The notes beneath the pieces were generated by a model that was not told where the DNA came from, did not search any database, and saw only the letters and a list, made by a program, of their open reading frames with translations. A program made the position numbers and the translations under genes. 64,000 bases of DNA. Source: Myxococcales bacterium (GTDB taxonomy: Bacteria; Myxococcota_A; Polyangia; Polyangiales; DASUME01). The stretch lies in contig JASGJH010000001.1 of NCBI GenBank assembly GCA_047601445.1, forward strand, positions 6,784,001-6,848,000, read 5' to 3'. Numbering within the stretch: the first letter of the stretch is position 1; every line of letters starts with the position of its first letter. Below, piece by piece: positions 40,421-50,185 of this stretch.

Positions 40421-41135
40421 GTTGGCGCTCGAAGCCAAGGACCTCGCGGTGGCCTACGGCGGCATCCGCGCCGTGAAAGGCATCTCGTTCGATGTCGAAC
40501 CCGGCGAGATCGTGGCGCTGCTCGGCTCGAACGGGGCTGGAAAGACCAGCACGCTGCGTGGGATCGTGCAGCTGGTGAAGAGCCAGGGGCTGGTTCGTGT
40601 CTTCGGCAAGCAGGTCAATGCGCTCGAGACCAACCAGGTAGCGGGGCTCGGCGTAGCCTTGGTGCCGGAAGGTCGCGGCGTGTTCACGGGCATGTCAGTG
40701 CGGGAGAACCTCGAGCTCGGGGCCTACGTGAAGCGCGACCCACGCGGCATGCAGGAGCGCATGGCACGCGTGATGAAGTTGTTTCCGAGGCTCGGTGAGC
40801 GCTTGAGTCAGGACGCGGGCACGCTGAGCGGAGGGGAACAGCAGATGCTCGCCATCGGCAGGGCGCTGATGGCGGACCCGCGCATCATCCTGCTCGACGA
40901 GCCATCGCTCGGGCTCTCGCCGAAGCTGGTTGGGGAGATCTTCGCGGCCATCCGAGAGATCGCGGCCTCGGGGCTCACCATCATGCTGGTCGAGCAGAAC
41001 ACCCGGCTGGCCCTCGAGACCGCCTCGCGCGCCTACGTGCTGGTGACTGGCGAGGTCGTGCTGAGCGGCAAAGCCAAGGAGCTGCGCGACGACCCGCGCG
41101 TCAAGGCGGCCTATCTCGGCGGCGCGATCGAGTAG
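40413..41135 (+). CDS. livF: Branched-chain amino acid ABC ATP-binding protein
   Basis: AGGAGG RBS; GSNGAGKT, VPEGR, LSGGEQQMLAIGRALM, LDEPSLGL. Confidence 0.95.
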   Translation: MAELALEAKDLAVAYGGIRAVKGISFDVEPGEIVALLGSNGAGKTSTLRGIVQLVKSQGLVRVFGKQVNALETNQVAGLGVALVPEGRGVFTGMSVRENLELGAYVKRDPRGMQERMARVMKLFPRLGERLSQDAGTLSGGEQQMLAIGRALMADPRIILLDEPSLGLSPKLVGEIFAAIREIAASGLTIMLVEQNTRLALETASRAYVLVTGEVVLSGKAKELRDDPRVKAAYLGGAIE

Positions 41136-41138
41136 CGC

Positions 41139-42398
41139 TCAGGGATGGCGAGCCATCGGCAAGTCCGGTGCGTAGGCGCCGGCGCCGTAGGCATCGCAGA
41201 ACTCCTGCATGCTCTTGTCCTTGTAGACCGGGTCCATCGCTACGAGCGCGGGGCGAACCGCGTTCCACAGCAAGATGGGTCCATTCTCGACGTTGTAGTC
41301 CTTGGCGACGATCACCAGGTCGAGCCCGGGGTGCATCACGATGTACTGGCCGCCTGCGCCCTGGGCGCTGAACACACCCACGTCGTAGAGCTGACTGCAG
41401 GTGCCGCCGGGGACTGCGTTGAGGCAGCTGGTTGCACTCGAGATGCCGTGCGGATAGGCGGGCCAAAACGCCGCGGGAGCGCAGGGGTCGCCATTGGGAT
41501 AGAGGTTTTCCGAGGGAGGGTTGAGGATGTTGCCGCCCACGCCATGAGCGTTGCCGCGGTGATTGAGCCAGGTCAAATGTCCGTAAGACGTGTTGGCGTC
41601 CTCGAAGGCAGGGTGCGACATCCGGTAAACCCACTCGCTCGCGATCAGGCGCTCGCCGTTGTACCAGCCGTCGTGGAGCAGCAGCATGCCTAGCCTGCCC
41701 ATCTCGGACATGTTGGCGTACCAGCCGGCCGCGATGCCGAGCGGAACCGGCAGCCAGTAGGACTTGGTCATGCCCAGCTTGTCGAAGATCTGGGCTTCCA
41801 CGAAGTCCGAGGCATCGCTGCCGAGCGAGGGGATTTGCTTGATGCACTTCTTGGTCACGTCGATCAGCGTGTTGATCTGGACGCTGCCGACGGTGTCGTA
41901 CTCGAACTCTTTTTGGCCATAGTCGAGGCTCGCGTTGTCCGCGCACATGGACATCACGTGGGTCAGGCGGGCGTTCGAGTTGTAATTCACGCTGCGCAGC
42001 CAGTCGGTGGCTTTGTCTTCGGGCAGGATGGGCCCGGTGCCTGGGCCCGTGCGCGGGATGTTGCGCGTGAGATAGGCAGCGCGTCCTAGCATCAAGCCGC
42101 CCAGGGTCTTGGTGGCCGAGAACATCGAGGCGACGTTGTCGGAGCCCTTCATGAAGCACTGCTTACCGTATCGAAAGATGGCGTAGTTCGGGATGTCCGC
42201 GGTGAGCTTGCTGGCGTCCAGGCCGCACACGCTTGGCGCCACCTTTTGCCAGGCACCGGTGCCGGGATCGCGGAAGTTGGCTTCGCTACCGAGCAGGGCC
42301 GAGTCGGACTCACCGACCGCTTCGGCTGCGTCCCCGTCGCTGTCCGCGGCGAGGCAGCCGGCGAGCAGGCAGGCCAGACCCAGGGCCAGGCTTCGCAT
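41139..42398 (-). CDS. Serine hydrolase (beta-lactamase/esterase-like) lipoprotein
   Basis: Lipobox LAGC; SxxK (FSATK), FEYDT, IFDKLGM, MGRLG, GAGGQYI. Start uncertain (42398, 42452 or 42479). Confidence 0.85.
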   Translation of the reverse strand: MRSLALGLACLLAGCLAADSDGDAAEAVGESDSALLGSEANFRDPGTGAWQKVAPSVCGLDASKLTADIPNYAIFRYGKQCFMKGSDNVASMFSATKTLGGLMLGRAAYLTRNIPRTGPGTGPILPEDKATDWLRSVNYNSNARLTHVMSMCADNASLDYGQKEFEYDTVGSVQINTLIDVTKKCIKQIPSLGSDASDFVEAQIFDKLGMTKSYWLPVPLGIAAGWYANMSEMGRLGMLLLHDGWYNGERLIASEWVYRMSHPAFEDANTSYGHLTWLNHRGNAHGVGGNILNPPSENLYPNGDPCAPAAFWPAYPHGISSATSCLNAVPGGTCSQLYDVGVFSAQGAGGQYIVMHPGLDLVIVAKDYNVENGPILLWNAVRPALVAMDPVYKDKSMQEFCDAYGAGAYAPDLPMARHP

Positions 42399-42711
42399 CT
42401 GGTGCGCTGAACTTTGCGGCGATGCTGAAGGAATTTCGACGGTACTCGGCATGGATGGGCGGGGCGTGGGATGCAGCATGGACCCTCGGATGTGCACAGA
42501 TCGTCCTAGCAGGGCGCCGCCGCGTCTGGGCGCCAAAAGGGAGCGATTAGGACATGAGGACTAGGCGCTCGGGCGACTAGTACGAAAGGCCTATGGCGAA
42601 CCGCTGTTCGGATGGCTGGCTCGGGGAGACCGCAGCCTAGTTCGGCACTAGACCATTCGTTCATCTGGTCGAGCTCCTCGAACGACTGCAACCTGGGTTG
42701 ACCTCAACCCT

Positions 42712-45234
42712 ATGAACAAGCTGTTCGAGATCTTCTGGCGTTTGCCTGGGTCGCCGCGCCCGACCGTGATCGCGTGCGCGCTGCTCAGTCTGTTCTTTGG
42801 CCATCAGGCGTTCACGCGGCTGCGCTTTGACACCACCTTCCAGGCGTTGGTGGACGGCGACGTGGAGACCTCCGAGCGCCTCGAGCGACTCGAGGCTGAG
42901 TTCGGGGAGAACTCGGTCTTCGAGATCGTGATCAAGGGAGACGTGTATTCGGCGCCGTATCTGAAGAAGCTACGGGTTCTGCACGAGCGGATCGCGACCC
43001 TGGAGGTGAAGGAGTTCGCGGCTGGTTCCAGCCAGAACAGTGAACCCACTCGCGTGACGGCGTCCCCGCTCCCTGGGCCGGATCTCTCGGGGTTCGCCGT
43101 GGAGGGCGAATGCGAGCAGGCTCCCTCGGAGCAGCAGGCTCCGTGGATCGACCAGCTGGAGTCGCTGGTGAACGCGCGCACGACGGTCGTCGAAGACGGC
43201 GCCCTTGCGGTCAAGAGGTTGCTCGACCCGTGGCCCGAGGGAGCCGCCATCCTGGCCCTCGAGGGCCGCATCGAGCGCGACGCCACCTTGCGCGGCCTGC
43301 TCGTGGGATCGCGAGGGCAGGCGTCCGTGATCCTGGTGCGTCCGGTGCGGATGACTCCGACTCAGGCCCTTGCACTGCACGCCGCGCTGGATGGGTTGGT
43401 ACAGGCCGCCAATCAACCGGATTTTCACGCCTTGCTCGCTGGCGTTCCCACGCTGGAGGCCAACCTCTCCCACGAGAGTGTGCGCGGCTCCATCTACCTG
43501 GTGCTCGCCACGCACGTATCGCTACCGGTGTTCCTGTGGTGGTTCTTTCGGAGCTGGATCGGCGTCGCCGGCCCCCTGCTCGTGCTGGGACAAGCTGTGG
43601 TGTGGACGGCGGGGCTGATGGCGATACTCGGCGTTCCGATGACGGTGATGACCTCCATGCTGCCGGGCTTTCTGAGCACGGTCTGCGTCGGAGATTGCAT
43701 CCACATGCAGTCCAGGTACGTGGCCTTTCGACGCCAGGGGCATTCCAACTTGGCGGCGCTGAGCCACACGCTACGTGAGGACTCGCTGCCGGTGGTGTTC
43801 ACCAGCTTGACCACGGCCGCGGGGCTGCTGAGCCTCGGCGTCACGAGGCTCGATTGCATCAAGCACCTCGGCTATTTCGCGGCCTTTGGCGTGATGGCCG
43901 CGTGCCTCCTGTCCTTGGTGTTTTTGCCCGCGTTCCTGCGCATCGATCGCGGTGCGCCGTGGTCCACCGGCGATCTACGCGGGGACTGGGTGGAGCGCTT
44001 GCTCACCTGCACGCGCCGGGCCGCATCCATCAGGACGACGGGATTCCTGCCGGGCGCGGCTCCGGCGGCGGGTGTGCGCCGGCGTAGCTGGGCGGTGGTG
44101 CTGGTGACGGCTGCGATCAGCGCGATCGGCCTGCTCGGTACGAGCCGCATGGTGATCGGCCAGGACCTGCTCGGCTGGTTACCCAGCAGCCATGCACCGC
44201 ACGAGGCCTTCGAGGTCATGGACAAACACATGGGGGGCGCAGGGCATCTGGTGGTGCTGTTGCATGCGGAACAAGGCAAGAGCTTCTTCGATCGAGACAT
44301 CCTGGAACGCGTGGAGGCCTTCGAGCGGGAGCTTGCCGGGCTGCCCGAGGCCGGTGAGATCTTCGGCTTACCCAGGATCGTGCGGCAGGTCTGGCGGTCC
44401 CTGAACGACGACAAGCCCGAGTTCGAGCGCTTGCCGGACACGCAGCGTGGCGTGCGAGATGCGCTCTCCATGTTCGAGAGTGCAGCCAAGGACGACCTGC
44501 GGCGTGTGGTTACGGCGGACGGCTCGAAAGCCGTGCTGATCGCGCGCCTACCTTGGCTGGAGGAGCTCGGCTTTCAGGTTGTCGAAGACGAGGTGCTCGC
44601 CGCCGCCGACCGACATCTCAAGGGATACGTGCGGGCCGAGTTAACCGGAGCGAACCATGCGCAGTTCAAGTCCATGTCGGGCTTGATCGCCGATTTGGTC
44701 GGCAGCGTCGGCTCGTCGTTTCTGGTGATCGCGGCGATGATCGCTTTGATGCTCTGGGACTGGAAACTGGGCCTCCTGGCGATGCTGCCCAACGTGCCGC
44801 CCATCCTCGTGATGCACGGCGCCATGGGGTTCGGCGATGTGCGCCTGGACTCCACGTCGGCGCTGGTGGCGTCGATCGCCCTGGGCGTGGTCGTCGACGA
44901 CACCATTCACTTCTTCCATCACTTCAAGCGGCACCTGGTGGAGCACGGAGACGTGGAGCGGGCGCTCGCGCAGACCTACGAGGCAGTCGGGCGGCCTGCC
45001 GTGCTGACCTGCGCGCTGCTGACCTGTGGTTTCTCGACATTTCTCTTCGTCAATCTAGCCAATATCCAGATGTTCGGCTTGTTGGCGGGCCTGGCTATCA
45101 CGAGCGCGCTGTTCGTGGACCTGGTGCTAACCCCGGTGGTGCTGCGGACCTTCTACGGAACGGCCAAGGCGCCCGCTGAGGCAGCGGAGCCGGCGTGTCT
45201 GGCCCTCGATGGCGTCGAGGATGCACAAGCATGA
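42712..45234 (+). CDS. MMPL/RND-family lipid transporter
   Basis: Two periplasmic-domain + TM repeats; FTSLTTAAGLLSL, SIALGVVVDDTIHF, DLVLTP. Confidence 0.88.
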   Translation: MNKLFEIFWRLPGSPRPTVIACALLSLFFGHQAFTRLRFDTTFQALVDGDVETSERLERLEAEFGENSVFEIVIKGDVYSAPYLKKLRVLHERIATLEVKEFAAGSSQNSEPTRVTASPLPGPDLSGFAVEGECEQAPSEQQAPWIDQLESLVNARTTVVEDGALAVKRLLDPWPEGAAILALEGRIERDATLRGLLVGSRGQASVILVRPVRMTPTQALALHAALDGLVQAANQPDFHALLAGVPTLEANLSHESVRGSIYLVLATHVSLPVFLWWFFRSWIGVAGPLLVLGQAVVWTAGLMAILGVPMTVMTSMLPGFLSTVCVGDCIHMQSRYVAFRRQGHSNLAALSHTLREDSLPVVFTSLTTAAGLLSLGVTRLDCIKHLGYFAAFGVMAACLLSLVFLPAFLRIDRGAPWSTGDLRGDWVERLLTCTRRAASIRTTGFLPGAAPAAGVRRRSWAVVLVTAAISAIGLLGTSRMVIGQDLLGWLPSSHAPHEAFEVMDKHMGGAGHLVVLLHAEQGKSFFDRDILERVEAFERELAGLPEAGEIFGLPRIVRQVWRSLNDDKPEFERLPDTQRGVRDALSMFESAAKDDLRRVVTADGSKAVLIARLPWLEELGFQVVEDEVLAAADRHLKGYVRAELTGANHAQFKSMSGLIADLVGSVGSSFLVIAAMIALMLWDWKLGLLAMLPNVPPILVMHGAMGFGDVRLDSTSALVASIALGVVVDDTIHFFHHFKRHLVEHGDVERALAQTYEAVGRPAVLTCALLTCGFSTFLFVNLANIQMFGLLAGLAITSALFVDLVLTPVVLRTFYGTAKAPAEAAEPACLALDGVEDAQA

Positions 45235-45244
45235 GAGGCGAGGG

Positions 45245-47023
45245 CTAACAGCCGAGCACGGCCTGCCAGAGCACCTCGCCGCTCACCGGCTTGCGCAGCA
45301 CCACCAGGTTCGGGGATAGCTTGCCGCCCGTGGACACGTCCGCATCGCCAGTGAGCAGCACGGAATGCAGGCGCCGCGTGCGATTGCTGCTAGCGACCCC
45401 GATCAGCTCCGCGCCCGAGAGGTCTCCTGGTAAGCGGTGATCGGTGACCAGCACGTCCGCAGGCGTGCCCTCCTCGTTCATGCGCGCGAGCACCACGAGG
45501 GCGTCGCTCCCATTGATGGCGGTGTGGACTACGCAGCCCTGGGCCTCGAGCCAGGTGCGCGTGGCGTGGGAGACGAGCGGGTCGTCCTCCACCAGCATCA
45601 CCTGCAGGCAGAGTGACGTCGGCAGCTTCGGTAGCACCACGCTGTCCGCTTCGGAAGCGGCGCGCGGCACGCTGACCGAGAACATGGATCCGTGCCCGAT
45701 GCGGGTACGCATATCCAGGCGCCAGTCGTTGAGTGCACAGATGCGTTGAACGATGGGCAGGCCCAAGCCGAGTCCCTTGCTGCGGTCACGCTCGCGGTTT
45801 CCGACCTGGACGAAGTCGTCGAAGATGCGCTCGCGGTCCTCCTCCGCGATGCCTGGCCCTTGATCCCAAAACTGGATCGTGCAGGCGGGCCCGTGCATGC
45901 GCAGCGCGATCAGCACGCGACCACGACCACCGTGGCGCACCGCGTTGGCGGCCAGGTTGTGCAGGACGCGCGCCAGCAGGGTCGGATCGGCCAACACGGT
46001 CGCGGGGCGCCCGCGCACGTAGAGCAATACATCGAGCGCGTCGCACTCGTCCCGCAGGCCTGCCACGACCTCGGTCAGGAGCGGCTCGAGGGGGACGGCG
46101 CGCGGCGTGGACCGGGTCAAGCCCGCGTCGAGGCGCGACACATCGAGCAGGCCCTCCAGCATCGCGCGCAGCGCGTTGGTGGAGCGACCGATGGCATCCA
46201 CCAGCCGTCGGCGTGGCTCAGCCTGGTCGTCGCGCAGACCGCCCAATACATCGTTGAACATGGCCAGCGCCTGCACAGGCTGGCGCAGGTCATGGCTGGC
46301 GGCGGCAAGGAAGCGCGTCTTGATCTCAGCGGTCCGCTCGGCGTGGCTGCGGGCTTCGACCGCGGCCTCGTGAGAGGCCAGAGTCTGTTGGAGCAGCTCC
46401 ACGTTCTCGAAGCGCAGGTTCAGGCTCTCCCGCAGGGCCTTGGCGTTGCGTACTACCACCAGTGTGGTTCCCACCGCGAACCAGATCAGGAGCGCCGAGC
46501 TCCACCAGAGGCCTTCGGTCCAACCACGCACCGCGCTGGGCAGCAGCGTGAGATAGACGAGCAGTGCGTAGCAGACCGGATCTCCAGACAAGGTAGAGGT
46601 GGCACCCGCCACGATGCCGGCGTAGCAGAAAATCAGCACCTGCCCGGTCCCGGCGCCCGGCGTCATCGACCAAAGCACGCCGCCCAGACCCCAGGCTGAC
46701 CCCACGAGGATGGTGCCGATGCGCCGTGCCAGCTGCGCCTTCCGGCCGTCGCCCGCCAGCCAGCCGTCCCTCGGCGCGCGCCAGCAGATCATCAGCTGAA
46801 ACATGCTCGCGACGAGGTGGGCGATGCACCAAAGCCACATCCGCCACCCGTGATCCGCCGCATAGCAAGCGATGACAAAGGTGGCTGCACCGCCCGCGTT
46901 GAACACCAGCGAAGTAGGCAGCTGCGCGTAGGTATGCTGGACCATGCCACGCGCGAGGTCTCGACCGCGGTTCGGCGATGGTCGGCCCGATACTGCCGAG
47001 TCCGACGCGCTCTTGGAGGTCAT
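45245..47023 (-). CDS. Membrane hybrid sensor histidine kinase with C-terminal receiver
   Basis: Multi-TM N-terminus; KTRFLAAASHDLRQP, NLAANAVRH, DQGPGI, GLGLGL; REC LVEDD...TDHRLP...LTG...KP. Start uncertain. Confidence 0.92.
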   Translation of the reverse strand: MTSKSASDSAVSGRPSPNRGRDLARGMVQHTYAQLPTSLVFNAGGAATFVIACYAADHGWRMWLWCIAHLVASMFQLMICWRAPRDGWLAGDGRKAQLARRIGTILVGSAWGLGGVLWSMTPGAGTGQVLIFCYAGIVAGATSTLSGDPVCYALLVYLTLLPSAVRGWTEGLWWSSALLIWFAVGTTLVVVRNAKALRESLNLRFENVELLQQTLASHEAAVEARSHAERTAEIKTRFLAAASHDLRQPVQALAMFNDVLGGLRDDQAEPRRRLVDAIGRSTNALRAMLEGLLDVSRLDAGLTRSTPRAVPLEPLLTEVVAGLRDECDALDVLLYVRGRPATVLADPTLLARVLHNLAANAVRHGGRGRVLIALRMHGPACTIQFWDQGPGIAEEDRERIFDDFVQVGNRERDRSKGLGLGLPIVQRICALNDWRLDMRTRIGHGSMFSVSVPRAASEADSVVLPKLPTSLCLQVMLVEDDPLVSHATRTWLEAQGCVVHTAINGSDALVVLARMNEEGTPADVLVTDHRLPGDLSGAELIGVASSNRTRRLHSVLLTGDADVSTGGKLSPNLVVLRKPVSGEVLWQAVLGC

Positions 47024-47329
47024 GGCTTGGCCGTGCATCGACTTCGGAGCCCGCGAACGAGAGGTACAGTGTTCGGGCGCTCTTCCTAGGCCTATTGTAC
47101 GCATCGCCCAAGCGAGCACCAGGCGCTAACTCGAACTCGCTGCGTCCGTGGTCGCGACCGTGTGAGAGTTTACAGACGGCTCGCGCGGCACGTGTAAGGG
47201 GCGTTCGACGCCCAGGGATGCGGTCGATACGCGGCCGTAACGCGAGATTGCTGGCTGGCTCACGCGAGGAAACGAACATTTTACGCAAGTGCCCCAGCAA
47301 GCGAACACAAGCGTGTCCTAATAGGCAGC

Positions 47330-47983
47330 ATGGACCTGCTTCTCATCGACGATCACGCTTTGGTGCGTGAAGGAATCCGGGCACTCGCGGACGCCACCGG
47401 GTTGTTTGGGCACATCCTCGAGTGCGGTTCTCTCGCGCATGCCTTGGACACGGCCCGCACCGAGCGCGCGCGCATCGGGTTCGTGATCCTCGACCTCGGA
47501 CTGCCGGACGCGGTGGGCTTCGACGCTCTCGTGCGCCTGCGCGAGGCACTGCCCGAGGCACCCATCCTGGTGGTCTCGGGGGGCGACACGCCGACCGTGA
47601 TCGACACGGCTTTCGAGCTGGGTGCCCGGGGCTATCTGCCCAAGTGCTCCTCGCCCACGGCGCTGCGCCTGGCGATTCAGTCGGTCTTGGGGGACGAACG
47701 CTACGTACCCCCGCAGCTGCTGGGGCACGGCGGGGCCGCGCGGCGACCCAGCACGCCGGCTGCGAGCCCGGCCAACCTCGAGCGCCTCACGCCGCGCCAG
47801 AACGAGGTGTTGAAGCTGCTGGCCAAGGGCTACGCGAACAAGGAGATCGCCAACGCCCTGGACCTCAGCCTCTCCACGGTGCGCATCCACGTGAGCGCCG
47901 TGCTCGAGCGGCTCGGTGTCGAAAACCGTACGCAGGCCGCCATGTGCTCCACCGCGCAGGTCCTGTTGCGCAGCCCCGCTTGA
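47330..47983 (+). CDS. NarL/LuxR-family response regulator, copy 1
   Basis: IDDH, LDLGLPD, YLPK, LTPRQNEVL...NKEIA...TVRIHVS. Confidence 0.95.
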   Translation: MDLLLIDDHALVREGIRALADATGLFGHILECGSLAHALDTARTERARIGFVILDLGLPDAVGFDALVRLREALPEAPILVVSGGDTPTVIDTAFELGARGYLPKCSSPTALRLAIQSVLGDERYVPPQLLGHGGAARRPSTPAASPANLERLTPRQNEVLKLLAKGYANKEIANALDLSLSTVRIHVSAVLERLGVENRTQAAMCSTAQVLLRSPA

Positions 47984-48201
47984 GCGCGCGTTCGGTTGCG
48001 CTGCGTACCGTCGTTCCGTCGCGCGCTTGCCCACTCCCACGACTTACGCGCGCACTAGGACGAATGTCCGATGGGCCGTACGGATGGCCGATTGCATCGG
48101 TGCAGTGACCACGGCCTGCTTGTCTAGCTGACGCTTTCGCTTATAGCGCCGTGTTAGCGTTGGTCCGACACGCGCGAGTTTGCGTGGGTCAGGCAAACGG
48201 T

Positions 48202-49464
48202 ATGCAGCAGCACTACGCGTTCTTTCAAGTCATTCAGAACTACCTCCAGCGGGCCGCGGAGGTCATCGAGATGCCTCCCGACACCTCGGCGCTCCTGGCG
48301 CAGCCCAAGACCGAATTGATCGTGCACTTCCCGGTGCGCATGGACAGCGGACAGCTGCGAATCTTCACCGGCTATCGCATTCAGCACAACAACATCCTCG
48401 GTCCTTACAAGGGCGGCATCCGCTACCACCCCGACGTGAACCTCGACGAGGTGCGCGCGCTGGCTGCCATGATGACCTGGAAGTGCGCGCTGATGGATGT
48501 TCCGTTCGGCGGTGCGAAGGGAGCGGTGCAGTGCGATCCCCGCGCGCTGTCCGAGGCCGAGCGCATGCGCTTGACCCGCCGATTCACGCACGATTTAGGG
48601 GATAATCTGGGTCCCGATCACGACATCCCCGCGCCCGACGTGGGTACGGGCGCGCAAGAGATGGCCTGGCTCATGGACACGTACATGAACAGCGTGGCCG
48701 CCAACCAGAAGAATGCCGTGCGCGCCGTGGTCACCGGCAAACCTCTCGCCTGCGGCGGCTCGCCTGGGCGGGTGAAAGCCACCGGGCAGGGCGTGGCGCA
48801 TTGCGTGGTCGAGTGGGCGGGCGAGCACGGGGTCAAGCTCGAAGGCGCGCGGATGACCATCCAGGGCTTCGGCAACGTGGGGTCCCACGCCGGGCTCGCG
48901 CTGCAGGCCATGGGCGTGAAGCTGGTGGCGGTCAACGATCACAGCGGTTCGCTGCGAAATGATCAGGGCATCGACGCGGTGGCGCTGGCAAAGCACGTGT
49001 CGATCCACGGCGGGATCGCCGGCTTTCGACCGGCCGAGCCCGTGTCGCGTGAGGACTTCTTCGCGACGCCGGCGGACTTCTTCATTCCGAGCGCGCTCGA
49101 GAACCAGGTGGGTGAGGCCGAGGCCAAGCTGCTCGAGGTCAAGCTGGTGGCCGAGGGTGCCAACGGTCCCGTGAACCCCGCAGGCGAAGCGGTGCTGTCC
49201 GAGCGCGGCATCGAGGTCATTCCGGACATCTTGGCCAATGCCGGTGGCGTCACGGTGAGCTACTACGAATGGCTGCAGAACAAGCGCAACGAGCGCTGGA
49301 CGATGCAGGATGTCGAGCACAAGCTGGCGGCCGCGATGATGCGCGGCTATCGCGCCGTACGCGAGATGGCGCACGAGAGGCGCGTGCCGATGCGCAGCGC
49401 GGCGTACTGCGTGGCGTTGAAGCGCCTCGCCGATTGCTATCACCACCGTGGAGTCTTTCCCTGA
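48202..49464 (+). CDS. gdhA: Glu/Leu/Phe/Val dehydrogenase (glutamate dehydrogenase)
   Basis: GPYKGGIRY, MTWKCA, PFGGAKG, DIPAPD, QGFGNVG, EGANGP, ANAGGVTVSYYEW. Confidence 0.93.
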   Translation: MQQHYAFFQVIQNYLQRAAEVIEMPPDTSALLAQPKTELIVHFPVRMDSGQLRIFTGYRIQHNNILGPYKGGIRYHPDVNLDEVRALAAMMTWKCALMDVPFGGAKGAVQCDPRALSEAERMRLTRRFTHDLGDNLGPDHDIPAPDVGTGAQEMAWLMDTYMNSVAANQKNAVRAVVTGKPLACGGSPGRVKATGQGVAHCVVEWAGEHGVKLEGARMTIQGFGNVGSHAGLALQAMGVKLVAVNDHSGSLRNDQGIDAVALAKHVSIHGGIAGFRPAEPVSREDFFATPADFFIPSALENQVGEAEAKLLEVKLVAEGANGPVNPAGEAVLSERGIEVIPDILANAGGVTVSYYEWLQNKRNERWTMQDVEHKLAAAMMRGYRAVREMAHERRVPMRSAAYCVALKRLADCYHHRGVFP

Positions 49465-49473
49465 GCTCTCCCT

Positions 49474-50130
49474 ATGGATTTGCTTCTCATCGATGATCAT
49501 CGGCTGGTGCGCGATGGCATTCGAGCCATCGTCGAGGCCACTGGGCTGTTCACTCGAACCATCGAGTGCGGCTCCCTGGCCAGCGCGCTGGCTCGGGTGG
49601 ACAGCGACGGCGACCAGATAGGCTTCGTCATCCTGGACCTGGGGCTGCCCGATGCGTCGGGCTTCGAGTGCCTTATCCGGGTCAGAGATGCGCTACCGGG
49701 GGTGCCCATCCTGGTCGTGTCGGGCGAAGATCAGCGCGAATCCATCGACTCCGCGTTCGACCTCGGAGCGCGCGGTTACCTGCCCAAATCCTCGTCCCCC
49801 ACCGCCTTGCGCCTGGCCATCGAATCGATCCTCGGCGACGAGCTGTACGTGCCTCCGCAGCGCCTCGGCCACCTGGGACGCGCGTCTCAGAACGACGAAG
49901 GAAGCCCGCCGCCTCCCGAGCGTGGACTCCTGACGCGACGTCAATGCGAGGTGCTGCGGTTGTTGGCCAAGGGCCGCACCAACAAAGAGATCGCCGAGAT
50001 CATGGGGCTCAGCCTGTCCACGATACGCATCCACGTGAGCGCAGTGCTCGATCGGCTGGGCGTCGAGAACCGCACGCAAGCCGCGACGTGCCCGGCGGCG
50101 CGCAGATTTCTTGGCGGTGGTCCGACCTAG
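49474..50130 (+). CDS. NarL/LuxR-family response regulator, copy 2
   Basis: Same motifs as copy 1 and clearly paralogous (MDLLLIDDH, IGFVILDLGLPDA, SSPTALRLAI, LGVENRTQAA). Confidence 0.95.
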   Translation: MDLLLIDDHRLVRDGIRAIVEATGLFTRTIECGSLASALARVDSDGDQIGFVILDLGLPDASGFECLIRVRDALPGVPILVVSGEDQRESIDSAFDLGARGYLPKSSSPTALRLAIESILGDELYVPPQRLGHLGRASQNDEGSPPPPERGLLTRRQCEVLRLLAKGRTNKEIAEIMGLSLSTIRIHVSAVLDRLGVENRTQAATCPAARRFLGGGPT

Positions 50131-50185
50131 AGGTCGTACTAGGAGTTCTGTCCGTCTACACCGTACGACTTGCTCGCCGTAAGAG

